A program made the position numbers and the translations under genes. A stretch of DNA of 64,000 bases, taken from contig NC_058368.1 in NCBI RefSeq assembly GCF_018350175.1, positions 171,556,001-171,620,000 of the forward strand. The letters are read 5' to 3'. The notes under the pieces are model-generated. The model searched no databases and had not been told where the DNA came from. It saw only the letters and a program-made list of their open reading frames with translations. Origin of the DNA: Felis catus. Lineage: Eukaryota. This document shows positions 35,873 to 47,477 of this stretch, piece after piece (within the stretch, counting starts at the first letter, position 1; every line of letters starts with the position of its first letter).

Positions 35873-35932
35873 TAAAAAGAAACAAACAAAAAAAAAACCA
35901 TTTAGTCATTTTTTTAAAAAAGCAAAATATTT

Positions 35933-36150
35933 GGGGCACCTGGGTGGCTCAGTCAGTTAAGTCAGTTCAGCTCAGGTGGTGATTTCATGGCTCAGGTGAT
36001 GATTTCATGGTTTATGAGTTAGATCGGGTCCTGTACTGACAGTTCAAAGCCCAGAGTCTGCTTCAGATTCTGTGTCTCCCTCTATCTCTCTGCCCTTGTC
36101 CCACTTGTGCACTCCCTCTCTCAAAAATAAATAAGTAAACATTAAAAAAA
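35933..36150 (+). mobile_element. CAN-SINE (1 of 3 in tandem)
   Basis: ggggcacctgggtggctcagtcagttaag head; internal duplication of about 20 bp. Confidence 0.9.
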
Positions 36151-36163
36151 CAGTGAAATGTTT

Positions 36164-36337
36164 GGGGACGCCTGGGATGCTCAGTTGCTTAAGCATCTGA
36201 CTTCGGCTCAGGTTATGATTTCATGACTCGTGAGTTCTAGCCCCGCGTCAGGCTCTGTGCTGACAGCTCACAGCCTGGAGCCTACTTTGGGTTCTGTCTC
36301 CATCTCTCTCTGTCCCTCCCCCACTCACTCACACACT

Positions 36338-36379
<42 letters not shown>

Positions 36380-36420
36380 CGCTCTCTCTCTCTCTCTCAT
36401 ATAAACATTAAAAAAAATTT
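36164..36420 (+). mobile_element. CAN-SINE (2 of 3 in tandem) with (CA)n(CT)n
   Basis: ggggacgcctgggatgctcagttg head; (CA)n at about 36340-36376. Confidence 0.9.
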
Positions 36421-36439
36421 TTTTAAAGTAAAATGTTTG

Positions 36440-36632
36440 AGGCCCCTGGGTGGTTCAGTCAGTTAAGCATCTGACTTTGGCTCAGGTCATGAACTCACAG
36501 TTCATGGGTTCGAGCCCCGCCTTGGGCTCTGTGCTGACAGCTCAAAGCCTGGAGCCTGCTTTGGATTCTGTGTCCTTCCCCCACTCATGCTCTGTCTCTC
36601 TCTCTCTCAAAAATAAATAAACATTAAAAAAA
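36440..36632 (+). mobile_element. CAN-SINE (3 of 3 in tandem)
   Basis: aggcccctgggtggttcagtcagttaagc head; flanked by aagtaaaatgtttg on both sides. Confidence 0.9.
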
Positions 36633-36729
36633 TTTACTTTAAGTAAAATGTTTGTTTTTCAAAGTGCTATTTTTCATATGTGTGTTCATACTGATTAACT
36701 TCTTCTCATACTTATCTAACATTTTAGCC

Positions 36730-37250
36730 ATCTATTACTGTGTAGCAAATCACCTCAAAACTTAGTGGCTTCGTGCAAGAATTTGCTCATGATTCTGCAA
36801 TTTGGGCAGGGCTCAGAAGGGAAAGCTAGTGTCTGTTCCATCTGGTGTTGGCTGGAGAGGTTCACTTGGGCTCGAGAACCCGCGATGGCTTCATTCACAT
36901 ATTGATACCTCAGCTGGGCTGAGCAATGGCTGGAGGCTGGTTTGGTCTCTGTCCTTCTCCTCAGTGTCTCTCCTAACCTCGGGCCTCTCGCCTCAGAAGT
37001 ACAGTCTGACTTTCCATAATAACTGAGGGCAACGAGAAAGCAAGAGCAGAAGCTGCCAAGTTTCTTCAGGCCCAGACCCAGCAAAGCATCACTCATGCTA
37101 CACTCTATCAGTCAAGTCATAGGGTCAGTCATAGGGTCAGCCCAGATGGAGAAAGAAGAGAACCACACTCCATCTCTTGATAAGAGGAGTAACATGAGCA
37201 CATAGGGAGTGATTGAAAGAATTACCGTCTTTGCTGACAAACTACCACAT
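36730..37250 (-). mobile_element. MLT1 (F/H/J-like) LTR
   Basis: tgtagcaaatcacctcaaaacttagtggctt...gctcatgattctgcaatttgggcagggctcag...aaactaccaca. Confidence 0.72.
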
Positions 37251-37818
37251 CTCACTCCCTGATTTTCCTCTCTAAACCTATCATATTCTTTATGATGTTT
37301 TTCTTCTGCTCAACTCATCTTTAAGGAAAGAGAGTAAATCTTGAGCATCGACATTTACAGAACATGGTAAATGCTTTCATACACTTAGTTTCATCTCATT
37401 CCCTCCACAAGAGCTGTGTGAACTTGGCATGTTTATTCCCATTTTACAAATGAGATTACAGACGTTGGGAGAGGATAAGCGGTTTGGCTATTTCACACAG
37501 AAATTTTTTATATTTCACACAGAAATAAATGGTAAAGGCAGGATTCCAATCCAGGAATATCAGACTCAAAAATCTCTGTTCATTCTCTTACACCCCAGGT
37601 TCTCAAAGTGTGGCCTGAGGATCCCTGCAAAGACTTAGAGACCTTTCCAGCAGTCCATGAGTCAAACCTGTATGGCCAGTAATTTGCTATTTATCATTTT
37701 TGCTCTCTCAAGTATACAATTTTCTAGAGATTACATGGCATATGATCTCGCAACAATGTATAAGGCAGATATGAGAATCAGCTGTCTTCTATTAAACTAG
37801 ATATTTAAAAAAGCAAAT

Positions 37819-38085
37819 AGGGGCACCTGGGTGGCTCTGCTAAGTGTCAGACTCCTGATTTAGGCTCAGGTCATGATCTCATGATTCATGGGATGGAGTC
37901 CCATGTTGGGCTCTGTGCTAACAGCTTGGGATTATCTCTCTCCCTCTTTCTCTGCCCCTCCCTGGCTCATGTTCTCTCTCTCTCTCTCTCCCTCTCCCTC
38001 TCCCTCTCCCTCTCCTTCTCTCCCTCCCTCCTTCTCTCTCAAAATAATAAGCTTTAAAAACAAAGAAAAAATAAATTTAAAAATT
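37819..38085 (+). mobile_element. CAN-SINE (older subfamily) with pyrimidine-tract expansion
   Basis: aggggcacctgggtggctc head; (CT)/(CCCTCT)n tract. Confidence 0.88.
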
Positions 38086-38335
38086 TAAAAATAGATATTA
38101 AAGAATGCAAAGATCTAAGAACAATGTCACTCTCTTCTCACCTAAAATTGTCTTGTTTTGGAAAATACAACCATTTTCATAAAAACATTATTTACACTGA
38201 CATGTGATGAGTTTCTTTTAAATGAATTAGTTCTTAATTTATCAGTTTTAACTTACAATACAGTAAATATACATAGAGATAACCCTCATAGACAAAGTTC
38301 TTTCAGGTCCTCAGTAATTTTAAAGCATGTAAGGT

Positions 38336-38570
38336 GGGGAACCTGGGCGGCTCAGTCAGTTAAGGGTCTGACTCTTGGTTTCAGCTCAGGTCATGATCTC
38401 ACAGTTTGTGGGATGGAGCCCCTCATAGGGCTTTGCACTGACAAGGTGAAGCCTGCTTGAGATTATCCCTCTCTTCCTCTCTCTCTTCCCCTCACCCCCC
38501 ACCCCATGCATGCTCGCTCGCTCTCTCTCTCAAAATAAATTTTAAAAATAAATAAAAACTAAAAAAAAAT
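38336..38570 (+). mobile_element. CAN-SINE (older subfamily)
   Basis: ggggaacctgggcggctcagtcagttaag head; TSD taaagcatgtaa. Confidence 0.88.
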
Positions 38571-39179
38571 AAAGCATGTAAAGAAATCCTGAGACAAAAA
38601 ATCTTGGAAACAGGTACATACTGTACTAAAGGATGCATTCTTGATGACACATAGATTGTGCTGTAAAACAGACTGTGCTCTTGATTCTTATGTATCGGGA
38701 GATACAGGCTTGCAGATGAGGAAACTGGGACCCAAGAGATGAGTGAGGTGCCCACAGGTCACAGGGCTAGCTCCCTGAAGTTCTAGGAATAGAACCAATG
38801 CCACATAATTGCCACTGAACAAACATTTGCTTCTTAGTTTCTTATAAATTTTGTTAGAACAGGAGTTCACAAAAATCTTGTCAGTAATAAAACCAAAAGA
38901 AAAAACAAGCAGTCCACAAGGAAGTTCAGAGATCAAATAATAGATAGCAGCATTCTTTGCCAACAGAAATCCGAATTCCCAGAGTGGAGAGCTATTTCAA
39001 AACTAACATAAAGCATAGTCTTTAGTTTCATCAAATTTGCATTAAAAAAAAATTAAGACCCAATAAGCAGAAATGCCTGTAACACAAGTTAGATTTTTAT
39101 CTTTCTCCTTTATGTCTTGGACACCTTCTAAAGGTTTCAAATTCATGAATGTTATGAATTTCAAAAATTAATCTTTCTA

Positions 39180-39420
39180 AATACACTGTGGTATCCTGAA
39201 ATAGATGCTAGCACCAAAAAGAGGACATTAGTGGAAAAACTTGAAATCCAAAAACAATCCACAGTTTAGTTACTAGTACTGTATACAGTGTATTGACTGT
39301 ATGATTTCCTGGTTTTGACAAATATAAGATGATTAAGATACTGACATTAGGGGAAAATGAGTGAAGGGTGTTCAGAATATCTCTTACTCTTCGCAGTTCT
39401 TCTGTAAATATGATTTGAAA
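39180..39420 (+). mobile_element. L1MC/MD 3'-end fragment
   Basis: tgtggtatcctgaaatagatgctagcaccaaaaagaggacattagtggaaaaac...tttcctggttttgacaaat...cttctgtaaat. Confidence 0.7.
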
Positions 39421-39903
39421 TTTAACCTTTGAGCTAAAAAAAATTCACAGTTAATAAAGAGAACCCTAAAGTGAATGGAAACTGTCAATCTAGTCTATTC
39501 ATTACAGGTCAAAGAGTAAACTCAACAGTGAAACACTGGGCAATATAAGACATTTCACAACCAACGTCTTTTTTTTTCTTTAAGAAAAATGGATTATATA
39601 TCTTCAAAAGGAAAACCTTGAGGATTCATTAATAACCTTGATTTAGGACATTTAAGTGATTACTTTTAAGCTCATAAACTTTATAGAACAGGAGAACATG
39701 TGTTAAGCCAAAGATCTGGGTTTTATAAATATAATCCCTCATTTAAGATATAATCATTTAAACTTTAATTTGAATGATGAAAGGACTGTTTCAAAACTTT
39801 AAATGTACTATGTTCATTATTAACAATTATTAACAATATTTTGTATAGAAAGAAAGGTTAGGTTTTAAAAACCTGTCCATCTCATGCTCAGTTTTTTCCA
39901 AAT

Positions 39904-40412
39904 ATGGTGCAGTGAAGATTGCTGCCAACTTGTTGACTCTCTTTCCATCAAGAGGCGGGTCTAATTCTGCTCCTTCATTCTGGCCTAGCCTATGACCACT
40001 TTCACTGATACGGTATTGTGCAAGTGTTGCTAAGCCAGTTCCAAGGTAGCTTTTAAAACTGCTTCCTCGCTGGTGTCTTGGAACTCTTGACAACCATGAA
40101 AGAAGTCTAACCACCCAGATCAAGAGACCATGTGGCAAGATCCTGAGACTATCTAAGAAGGAGTGGGGTTCAGCTGGGCCCACCTTTTGATGTCCTGCCA
40201 AGACCCCAGGCCTGTGAACAAAGACATCCAGAACAGCACAACTGCCTGGTCAATACCAACAAGTGTCCCCAGTCAACACCACAAGGAGAAAAATTGTCCA
40301 GCCAAGCCTTGCTCAACGTCCTGACCTACAAAACATGAGACATAATAAAGTGGCTATTGCTTCAAGCCACTCAACTTTGGTTAGTCTGTTATACAACTAA
40401 ATAATGGTAAAA
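39904..40412 (+). mobile_element. MLT1 (G/H-like) LTR
   Basis: gactctctttccatcaagaggcgggtctaattc...ttgcttcaagccactcaactttggttagtctgttatacaac. Confidence 0.75.
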
Positions 40413-40722
40413 CTCAGTTGTTCTCAGCCTAGAAATGCAGATCTCCATGAAGAGTGGTCAAAGCATACACCCAACACTCTATTACTTGTGTCATCCCATT
40501 ATAGGTTAGATAGGTAAAACACATACATTAGATAGGAGAGCCTCAAAAACTCCTGGTTAAAAACTATTGTGTACCCACCTTCAATCTGCCTGCACTGTAG
40601 CCCCTCTTTCCACCTTTGTTTCTGGCATATCTTGAAGCTTATCCCTGAGTGCCATGGCATTAGCTTGTTATCTGGAACTCTTAAGAGTGTCCATTGTTAT
40701 CATAATAAATATTTGGTTTTCT

Positions 40723-40780
40723 TTTTTTTTTTTAATATTTATTTTTTGAGAGAGGGAGCATGTGAGCAGGGGAGGGGGGG

Positions 40781-40826
<46 letters not shown>

Positions 40827-40945
40827 CCCAAGCAGGCTCCATGCTGCCCATGCAGAGCCTGATGTTGGGCTTGAACCCACCAGCCATGAGATTATTACCT
40901 GAGCCGAAGTCGGACGCTTCACCAACCGAGCCACCCAGGCACCCC
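40723..40945 (-). mobile_element. CAN-SINE with (GA)n
   Basis: Reverse SINEC with TSD aatatttg(g/a)ttttctt. Confidence 0.92.
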
Positions 40946-41769
40946 AATATTTGATTTTCTTAACTAGAAATTCCCATTTGGTACTAATGTTTTTTTCTTT
41001 CCTAAGTGGTGCTCCCTGTGAGTAAGACACAGCACATGTTCCCAGACTCCTGTGTTGTTTCAATATATTATCATGATCAAGGCCTTATTTTGCTGGAATT
41101 TTTTTCAGGATTGGGAAGAGGAATTTGTTTTTGTCCTGTATAAAATCCACCCATATAATACAAAAATTCTTACCATTCCTTTTTTCTTCAAATGTAAGCA
41201 AGTGAACAAAGTGCTGTAAAATATAAACTCCCTCACACAAAACACAATATATGTTCAGTAGAGCAGGCCACCTTTCTTCAGTCAGATGATAACTCCATGG
41301 CAACTGAGGCACACATGCTGCTGTGAATCCACAGTACAATGACAAGTGTGGTATCAGACTTAAAATGCAGGGCCCCACGTGAATGATTTTTTTGCTTTCA
41401 TCTCTTTAACAGAGGGGCCTAAGATATCACTTCTGCCTTTTTTCCCTTCTTGCTTGAGTACTTGCAAATTTCAGTTGAAAAGCCACAAAGGTCCCTTCCT
41501 CTTCCTCGGTACTTATTAGAGATGGACAGCAGATCAGGGCTGAACAAGGTGGTTATATGGCAGGGTTGGAGATTGAGCCAAACAAGCATCTGGGCGAGGA
41601 TAGCTGCTGAGGAGGGTAGTGGCCGTGCAAGTTGGGAGATTGGTTATACACTGAGGGATGAAGCAATAAGTACATTTATTGAGAAAAATACAAGACAGGT
41701 TTCTCCAGTTAGATAAGAGAAAGGAGAAAACAAGAATGAATGTGCTTTGGACATGGAGGTACTGGTTTG

Positions 41770-42978
41770 AGTACCTGATTTAATATGTTTAGGTAAATAC
41801 AGGTATTTATACACATATACTTCAGCCTTTTAGGTCTGCGTGCCAAGAGGGCATGGGAGTAGTGATACCCCAGCAGTAATGACCACATCTAGTATCCATA
41901 TCTTTGGTTTCTAAATACAATTATCGCCCTTCACCAAGAATACAGATGAACTCAAGACTGAGACAGGAAAATAAACAGCCCAAAATAATTTTTGGTACGA
42001 AAAAAGGAAAGGAGTTCTCAAAGAATGAGGGGGACCTTTCCAAAGAACACAGGAGCTAAAATGAAGGGACTCTGGTCAAATCTTGAATAATGTGAGCAAC
42101 AAAATAAAGGAAAGGATTGGATTATAACCCCAAGAAGAATCCAAATTAATATAAATATAAAAATGAATAAGTAAATAGAGGAGAAGGTGCTTCCTTATAG
42201 TAAAATGTCAATAAACAGAAGGAACAACAGAATTAGATGATGATCATCACAGGTATAACTGATTCAGTGAAGAATCATCAGTAATATGAAAACACATGGG
42301 TGAAAGTCAGAGGAGTGGGATAGTTACCAGGTCTCAGAATATCTCCCCACAAAATACTTATTCACTACAAAGGATGAAGAAACATCACAATGGAAAAACC
42401 TGACAGCTTCTGCCTTAAACAAACCATCAAAGTTAATTTCGCATTTTTCCTGCCAAAAGTACTTAACAACCTGAATTTAATAATGAGGAAGCATCAGACA
42501 AGCCCAAACTGAGAGCCGTTGTACAAAATACTCATCCTTTTCAAAAATAATAAGGTCATGAAAGTACTAACTGCTCTAGATTGAAGGAGAGATACACAAC
42601 ATGATAATAAAATTCAAAGAATAATCTGGATTGGATGCTTTTGCTCTAAAGGACAAAACAGAGACAAGAGACAACACTTACATGGGGACTGTGGTTTCAG
42701 TGGCCATAGTGCACCTCATTTCCTCACATGGAGACAGTTGGGCCCTGATTATGCAGCAGACGGCACTTGTTTGTAGGTAACAAGCACTAACACATTCAGG
42801 GATGATGAGTCTCAGGCTTTCAACTTACAAATAATTCAGTATGAGAGGAGAAAATGATAAAGCCTTTACTGTAAAATGTTAACACCTGAATTTGTGTGTT
42901 GAATGGTACATAAGAGCTCTCTGCATTGTTCTTGCAACTCTTCTTTAAGTTTGAAATTACTTCAAAATACAAAGTTCA
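41770..42978 (+). mobile_element. L1MC/MD-like 3' UTR fragment
   Basis: gagtagtgataccccagcagtaatgaccacatctagt...; aatgaggaagcatcagacaagcccaaactgag; ttcttgcaactcttctttaagtttgaaattacttcaaaat. Confidence 0.78.
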
Positions 42979-43984
42979 AGAAAATATCTTGTCCTCTCCC
43001 ATGTGAGGCACCCCAAAAGCACCAGACCAGTCACTCTTCCACCCAACAGAACGCTTCTCAGTCCCCCAGTGCCTCTTCCCATCGTTGCTTGGCTCTAGGT
43101 CCTCTTCTTCAGGGATCAGAGGGAGACAGAAATGTGTGGGAAAAGTGGAACGATACAGTTGTGAAGGCCCTACACGTCGGTAGTCCATATTCTATAGAGT
43201 TCTGCCCCAAGTACGGGTTTTATGACACTTTATAACTCTGCCCCATAAAAGCCCTCAAAGTGACCCAAGAAACATTTCACTTAAGTCATTTCAATATTTA
43301 CAACTATTCTTACTCTTTCTCTTATGCGAAGATATTTTTCCTACACCAGAGTAATTCACAATTGCAGCAGTCTTGGAACAAGCAGCTGGCATGTCCTCCC
43401 GTTAAGGGTCTATTGTCCCTCCTGAACAATTCACTGGAAATAGCTTGGGAAGTGAAACATAAGAGCCCGAGAGGCAGAGAGGTTGAAGGAGACCAGTCTG
43501 AGTCCAGGGTCAAGTAGGGACAGAACAAGCCGCTTGCTCAATCTTTGTGTCCTTCTAAGCAGTTAACATAGAGGCCATAAATTGGAAGACCATGTTTTGT
43601 TCACTAGCAGATAGTGATATGAGAAGTCAGGAAATGGTACAAATGCCTCCTCTAGCAGCTCCAAGCACAAGGCAAAAATCAGCTGGGGCATCCCCTCAGC
43701 TACCCTGTTGTGTGGGAATGAGCTCTCCAGGTTATCAATCCGCTGCACTCCCTGGCCTGTGCGGGCACCCAAGTTGTACCTCTACATTAACACTAACAGA
43801 AAAGCTTAAGTGACCTAAAGTTTCCCAAGAGGTTTTGAGAGGAAGAGTTACAAGAGTTAATTACAGATCACACAAACTTGAGAGTGTTGTCATCTCACTA
43901 GTAGTAGTTTGGATACATATGAAATTCATAATTATAAGCTAGATTATATCAGGGTGCTAGATGAAGAGACAGTTCAAAAAGCTT

Positions 43985-44200
43985 GGGGTGCGCCTGGGTG
44001 GCTCAGTCAGTTGAGTATCTTACTCTTGATTGTGGCTCAGGTCATGATCTCAGGGTCGTGGGATCCAGCCCACGTTGGGCTCCATGCTGCCATGGAACCT
44101 GCTTAAGATTCTCATATTCTCTCCCCGCCCCCCTCCCTCTCTCCTTCCTTCTGCCCCTCCCTCCTTCTGCCCCTCTCTCCCCTGCCCCCAGGGAAAAAAC
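43985..44200 (+). mobile_element. CAN-SINE (older subfamily) with a C-rich 3' part
   Basis: TSD aaaaagcttggg on both sides. Confidence 0.88.
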
Positions 44201-45301
44201 AAAAAGCTTGGGAACAGAACAGAGAGGTGATAGCAGAGGAATCAGAAAACCAACGAGAAGGAGGTGCTCTTCTGGATCAGAAGATGGATGGGCATGAGGC
44301 ACTAATGGGCATGGAAGTCAAGAGACCATGAGAAGATGACAACCACAAAGCATACTGCTGACCTGCTTTTCTTCCCACCTTCTCCACAGCAACACAATGA
44401 CCAAGGTAAGAATTTTGTGCAAGGAACACATTCCTTAAGGAATCTCTCAATCCAAAACTCATTTCCCCACAGGAATAAAAGAAAAGCATGGGATGCTCTC
44501 TTAAGGCACATAAATCTACAATGATTGCCTAAATTAGTACTTTGGTTTATGAAAAAAATACTGCATTATTATCTATAATATTTGCACAATGCAGCCTCCT
44601 GAATTAACAGTACATCTTACCATGATGATTTTTAGCTATTTTGCTGTTTATCACATCTAACTTCTGCTTCAAGTTACTGATTTATGGGAGCATTTCTCTT
44701 ATGGCCCTACATACCACAGACAAAGGAATACTTGAGAGGCACCTTTTTCTCAAAATAAAAAGAGCTTTTTGAAATATAACAGCAAATAAGAAAATAACAG
44801 CATAGTATTTGCTAAAATTTACTGAAGTTCCAACACACAGGGGTTTTAAACTGATATGAAATAAAGATGACATACATATTTTTTTTGGCAGCTAAAGCAG
44901 CTCAAGGGGTGGCTGTACCATAAACACTCAGCTTCCCAACTTTAAAATTACATCATTTTTTATGAAATTTATTTAATTTGGGGGAAATTCCAAATTTAAA
45001 AAATTAAGTGAGGCCTTGTTAATATTTTCATTATGCCATAGTATTTCAAGGTCACATAAGCCAGAATCCTATAAAATAATAAAATTGGTAATGCTGACAT
45101 TCATTGGTACACATTAGTAGTTTATATATACTAACTCACTTAACCCTCACAGCAGCCCTAGGATATGGGAGGTAATAATACCTAACACTTATTATTTCTG
45201 TGTGCCAGGCAATGTTCTAAGAGCACTACATCTTTCCATAGATGTGATATTCATTTATTTCTCATATCATTTCAAGGAAATGGGTGTCATTCTTTTCCTC
45301 A

Positions 45302-45520
45302 TTTTATTTTATTTTTTAACGTTTATTTATTTTTGAGACAGAGAGAGACAGAGCATGAACAGAGGAGGGGCAGAGAGAGAGGGAGACACAGAATCTGAAA
45401 CGGGCTCCAGGCTCTGAGCTGTCAGCACAGAGCCCGATGCGGGGCTCGAACTCACGGACCGTGAGATCATGACCTGAGCCAAAGTCAGCTGCTTAACCGA
45501 CTGAGCCACACAGGCGCCCC
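45302..45520 (-). mobile_element. CAN-SINE (fairly young) inserted in a MIR
   Basis: TSD tcttttcctcatttta on both sides; many CpGs retained. Confidence 0.94.
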
Positions 45521-45822
45521 TCTTTTCCTCATTTTAAAGACAAAATCATTGGAACCCATGGGTTAAGTAATTTCCCCAAGAACACAGACAATAAATGACA
45601 GAGTCAGGATTAAAAGTCAGGCTTTCTGCATCTAGAAGTTGGGCTCCAAAATGCTCTCATACTGTACCAAGAGAGCTAAAGAATGAGTATGAGGCCAGAG
45701 TGCTCTCAAAACTCCTAGGCATTTTAAAAGCACTCTTCCCTTTTCCCAGACAAGGACCCACTTGAGTTAACCACAGATTTTAAAGCTCCCTGAAGTGGCC
45801 CAGTCAGAAATCTAAGTTTGTT

Positions 45823-45986
45823 GGGGCACCTGGGTGGCTCAGCTGGTTAAGCATCTGACTCTTGGTTTTGGCTCAGGTCATAATCTCATGGTTTGTGGGT
45901 TCAAGCCCCACAATGGGCTCCATGCTGTCAGTGTGGAGTCTGCTTCGGATTCTCTCTCTCTCCCTCTTTCTGGTCCTCCCCCACTT

Positions 45987-46033
<47 letters not shown>

Positions 46034-46050
46034 ATAAACAAATTCTAAAA
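45823..46050 (+). mobile_element. CAN-SINE with long (CT)n
   Basis: TSD aaatctaagt; (CT)n at about 45990-46030. Confidence 0.92.
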
Positions 46051-46587
46051 AAATCTAAGTATTTGAGAAGACACTGTGGCTGGTCCCTGGAGGGACTATC
46101 TGAACCCGACACCAAACAGACCTCTGTTTAGCTCACTATACTGGTGAGCTAAACAGGTCCTAAAAACCAAGTGGTCTCCTTCCCACTCTTCAGATGATGG
46201 GACCCAGTCTGATGTTTTATACTCATCCACTATAACACACAGACTCTTATTTCTTCCAGTATTTAATGATATACCACTGCCCAAGAGTCCTCTCAGCCTG
46301 CTGAGAAGAACTCATTAAAAGACAAAGAACAGTAACATCCCATGTAAGGGGACTCAGCCACTTCAATGAGGAAAACCACGATGAATAACCAGAAATAGTG
46401 TTGTCTCTATTTATCTATGAAAAAGACAAAAGAAAACAGAAGGGGAGAAAACAATGAGGACTTTCAAAGAGATAAACACACACCAAAAAAAGGCTTTCTA
46501 AAGCCAAATAACATGACTTCTAAAGTTAAAATTTCAATAGACAAATGGAAAAGGCATGGCCACTACTAAGAACAGTCAGTGTCCTCA

Positions 46588-46810
46588 GGGTGCCTGGGTG
46601 GCTCAGTAAGTTAAGCATCCAACTTTGGCTCAGGTCTGATCTCATTGTTCTTAAGTTTGAGCCCCACATCGGGTTCTGTGCTGACAGCTCAGGGCCTGGA
46701 GCCCACTTCAGATTCTGTGTCTCCCTCTCTCTCTGACCCTCCCCCACTTGTACTCTATGTGTGTGTGTCTCTCTCAAAAATAAACAAACATTAAAAAAAT
46801 TTTGTTTTAA
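46588..46810 (+). mobile_element. CAN-SINE
   Basis: TSD aaca(g/t)tcagtgtcctca. Confidence 0.92.
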
Positions 46811-47065
46811 AAACATTCAGTGTCCTCAAAGATCAAACAGATATTGTAAGTAAAAATATGTGACATGGAAGACATAATGAGAAGACAGAACATGCACAAA
46901 ACAGGTTTTCTTCAAACAGAAACAGTAACAGAGAAGAAATGATTAGAAGGGGAGGGCGGTGGGGACAAAACAAAAGAAAAGCTCCCTGAGCTGAAAGAAG
47001 GGATAAGGACTCCCAAACAAGCTCAGACAACATTAATGAGGAAACAAAAGACATGTGCCTAGACT

Positions 47066-47477
47066 TGTAAAATATTTAAACAGAGAAGGAAAATCATCTG
47101 CAACCACACATCCTAGTATGTGCATTAACATGACTTCACTATTTCAGCAAACTCTTACCCAGGAAGATGAAGTTTCACATAATTTTACTTTTTGTTTCAA
47201 AAACTTTCCAAAATCCCATTCATCTGATAAATAGCTCAACTAATCCTTATTCAAGTAAATACTCCTTACTTAGCTCACCCATCTTATTTTGTCAAAAATT
47301 TTGTCTAATTCCACGTCCTTGCACTTAACAATCTGCCTCAAACCAAACCCTAGCAAATTCTTCATCTCTGTCCTCCCTCCTCTGAAATGTTCAAGGTCAT
47401 TACCTACCTTATTGCAGTAAGCAGTCAACTTGACTTTGCTTTATCTATAGATTACTCTGCAGTCTTGTGAGTCAGCA
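47066..47477 (+). mobile_element. Solo ERV1 LTR, MER34-like, inserted into an old L1 remnant
   Basis: TG...CA ends. The 3' part (ccttattgcagtaagcagtcaacttgactttgctttatc...gagtcagca) resembles the MER34-family U5. Confidence 0.6.

Larger units (their letters stand above)
37595..38613 (+). mobile_element. hAT non-autonomous element (Charlie4a-like), split by two SINEs
   Basis: caggttctcaaagtgtggcc...gcagatatgagaatcagctgtcttctattaa...atacatagagataaccctcatagacaaag...cctgagacaaaaaatcttggaaac. Confidence 0.75.
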
